Of a DNA stretch of 7,759 bases, positions 6,241 through 7,759 are shown piece by piece. A program made the position numbers and the translations under genes. Numbering within the stretch: the stretch's first letter is position 1; the number at the start of each line of letters is the position of its first letter. A model generated the notes under the pieces. The model did not search any database and was not told the DNA's origin. It saw nothing but the letters and a program-made list of their open reading frames with translations. Source of the DNA: Candidatus Thorarchaeota archaeon (GTDB lineage Archaea; Asgardarchaeota; Heimdallarchaeia; Hodarchaeales; Hodarchaeaceae); assembly GCA_048882505.1 (NCBI GenBank), contig JBHLRO010000051.1, forward strand, positions 1 to 7,759, read 5' to 3'.

Positions 6241-7052
6241 TGATGATTCCTCCAGGCCAAAAGCTCTTTTTCATCGACTCCACCCGTCACGGCTATGAAA
6301 GCTTCCTCCAATGAGTTTGCTCTCGTCTGCGTGATAATTTCCTCGATTGTTCCAACTGCGATAAGGCGGCCCTGATGGATGATCCCGATCCTATCACAAA
6401 GTTCCTGAACCACTGGAAGAATGTGAGAACAGATTACAACTGTTTTTTGAGCATCCTCCGCTAATTCCTTGATCAGATCCTTCACCATGTGTGACGCACG
6501 TGGATCCAAGCCTGCTGTCGGCTCATCAAAGAATAAGATCTTTGGATCATGGATCAAGGTTGCGGCCAGGAGAACCTTCTGTCTCATTCCCGTACTAAAT
6601 CCTTCAAGAAGGTAATCCTTCCTATCCCACAAATTAAACAACTGAAGGAGTTCCTCAATGCGGTCTTTGAGTACAGGATTCTTGAGCTTGTACAGTGCGC
6701 CCATAAATTCCAAAAATTCATACGCGCTCAACTTTTCATACAGACCGGGTGATTCCGCAAGTAAACCCGTGATTGAACGAACCTCGTCTGCATCTGCGGT
6801 AATGTCGAATCCATTCACATGGGCTGTCCCTTTAGTTGGTTTCAAGATACAGTTCAGCAGGCGTACGGTTGTTGTCTTACCAGCACCATTTGGGCCCAAA
6901 AGCCCAAAGGTTTCACCTTCATAAATCTCAAGTGTGAGCTCATCAACCGCTTTAACTTTCCCCTTGCCGTAATGTTTTGACAATGCCTCAGCTTTGATGA
7001 GTATTTTGTCATGTTGTTCCTTGTTAGTTTCGATTCCTTGCATTTGCAACAT
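6237..7052 (-). CDS. ABC transporter ATP-binding protein (NatA/CcmA-like exporter ATPase)
   Basis: Walker A GPNGAGKTT, signature FSTGMRQK, Walker B/D-loop ILFFDEPTAGLD and H-loop ICSH are present. An AGGAGA RBS lies 5 nt upstream of the ATG. Confidence 0.96.
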   Translation of the reverse strand: MLQMQGIETNKEQHDKILIKAEALSKHYGKGKVKAVDELTLEIYEGETFGLLGPNGAGKTTTVRLLNCILKPTKGTAHVNGFDITADADEVRSITGLLAESPGLYEKLSAYEFLEFMGALYKLKNPVLKDRIEELLQLFNLWDRKDYLLEGFSTGMRQKVLLAATLIHDPKILFFDEPTAGLDPRASHMVKDLIKELAEDAQKTVVICSHILPVVQELCDRIGIIHQGRLIAVGTIEEIITQTRANSLEEAFIAVTGGVDEKELLAWRNHQ

Positions 7053-7054
7053 TC

Positions 7055-7537
7055 TTATCTCCTATCGTAACTCCTTGTTCTCACTTCCCAACCGCATTGA
7101 TCGCAAAAATTGTTTTCATGGTCTAGCCTGGAACCACAGTTCGAGCAATAGTGTTCTTTTCTAATTCGGTTAGTTGGGGACCATGTAAACGATTCAGGTT
7201 CCGATTCTCCCCAATATTCGCTTTTTCGTGGTTGTCCTCGTCTTCTTTGGTGCGTCCCTTTAATTCCTGGCTCACTGACCTCTTCATCCCCCTCAGTGCT
7301 AATTACAACCACCATGGCTAAGACCCCAAACATTATGAAGAAGAAGAGCACTAAAGGCATGATGATCAGTGAAGAACTGCTTTGAGACCTCACTAACAGA
7401 AAACTAAATGGGATTATAAGCCCCACGGCCATGGTCAGTATGATAAAGAAGACCGCCCATTTGGGTAGTTTTTTTCCTTTACCTGTGTGACAGGCAGATG
7501 CAGCCGACGCGGCCGCTATTGCAGGGATCCATGCCAT
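7055..7537 (-). CDS. Membrane protein, 2 TM plus C-terminal zinc ribbon (CxxC-x10-CxxC)
   Basis: TM segments at about aa 27-49 and 57-80, a charged linker, then CSNCGSRLDHENNFCDQCG (zinc_ribbon_2-like; 7094-7147). Strong RBS GGAGGTG upstream; the stop is 2 bp from the ATPase start. Confidence 0.85.
   Translation of the reverse strand: MAWIPAIAAASAASACHTGKGKKLPKWAVFFIILTMAVGLIIPFSFLLVRSQSSSSLIIMPLVLFFFIMFGVLAMVVVISTEGDEEVSEPGIKGTHQRRRGQPRKSEYWGESEPESFTWSPTNRIRKEHYCSNCGSRLDHENNFCDQCGWEVRTRSYDRR
7058..7063 (-). promoter_or_regulatory. Ribosome-binding site (AGGAGA) of the ABC ATPase
   Basis: The minus strand reads AGGAGAtaagaATG. Confidence 0.65.
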
Positions 7538-7740
7538 TATTTTACACCTCCAGCGGCAAGTATATTTCGTTCCGTCCTTATGCTACGGGACATTCGTGAA
7601 GCTTGGATTAAAAAGACGACACCGATTGAACAGAACACAAAATTACTTATGCCCAATATCATCCAGCTAATCGCCAATGCCCGCAGAGTTTGGCTCTCTT
7701 GTTCGTTTTTTTGACGAGTTTCCGTCACTTGTTTTTTCAT
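7537..7740 (-). CDS. Small single-TM hypothetical membrane protein (possibly the C-terminus of a longer gene)
   Basis: One hydrophobic helix (ALAISWMILGISNFVFCSIGVVFLI). Its TAA overlaps the next ATG (TAATG at 7539-7535). The frame stays open upstream of 7740 to the window edge (R-E-Q-F-P-R), so the start is uncertain. Confidence 0.65.
   Translation of the reverse strand: MKKQVTETRQKNEQESQTLRALAISWMILGISNFVFCSIGVVFLIQASRMSRSIRTERNILAAGGVK
7545..7551 (-). promoter_or_regulatory. Ribosome-binding site (GGAGGTG) of the zinc-ribbon membrane gene
   Basis: The minus strand reads GGAGGTGtaaaataATG, inside the last codons of the upstream ORF. Confidence 0.8.
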
Positions 7741-7759
7741 CCTTGGGAATTGTTCCCGT

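Noticed and set aside
4017-6924. ORFs 4017-4217 (-), 5069-5263 (+), 6549-6752 (+) and 6658-6924 (+)
   Set aside because: They are alternative-frame or antisense overlaps of the DJ-1, permease and ATPase genes, with no independent support.
7490-7501. Possible lipobox (ASAC) in the zinc-ribbon protein
   Set aside because: There is no basic n-region, no L/V/I at -3, and two TMs follow immediately.
7487-7714. Plus-strand 75-aa ORF with several Cys
   Set aside because: It is antisense to two coupled minus-strand genes that have a strong RBS and a TAATG overlap, and its Cys spacing matches no motif.
7745-7757. GGGAA-TTG-TTCCC palindrome at the window edge
   Set aside because: It has only 5-bp arms, lies in an open frame, and its context is truncated.
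1-7759. CRISPR array, tRNA/rRNA, IS or integrase
   Set aside because: I saw no regularly spaced repeats, cloverleaf or rRNA-like segments, or transposase/integrase motifs. The only intergenic gaps of any size are 36, about 60-69 and 147 bp.

Overview
Gene-dense prokaryotic window, most likely archaeal: GGTGA/GGAGGTG ribosome-binding sites and an N-glycosylation-sequon-rich exported protein point that way, while an Asgard-like origin is only a guess. It encodes almost only membrane or envelope functions. The + strand carries a 5'-truncated ABC ATPase and an ABC-2/NatB-like permease (1-1521). These converge on eight - strand genes, in transcription order: a small 1-TM protein, a 2-TM zinc-ribbon protein, an ABC ATPase, a 12-TM internally duplicated permease, a membrane-anchored DJ-1/PfpI-fold protein whose nucleophile Cys appears replaced by Gly, a LuxR/sigma70-r4-like HTH regulator with an H-x-C-x3-C-x3-C motif, and two translationally coupled paralogous bacterial-PH (bPH_2, YdbS-like) membrane proteins. 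The best candidates for an undescribed system are the HTH-(His/Cys3) regulator plus twin bPH_2 unit, with repeats in its upstream intergenic region, and the DJ-1 pseudo-enzyme downstream of an ABC exporter. Together they suggest an envelope-stress or antimicrobial-response locus (inference). I saw no rRNA, tRNA, CRISPR array or mobile element. All family assignments are from motif recognition by eye, not database searches.
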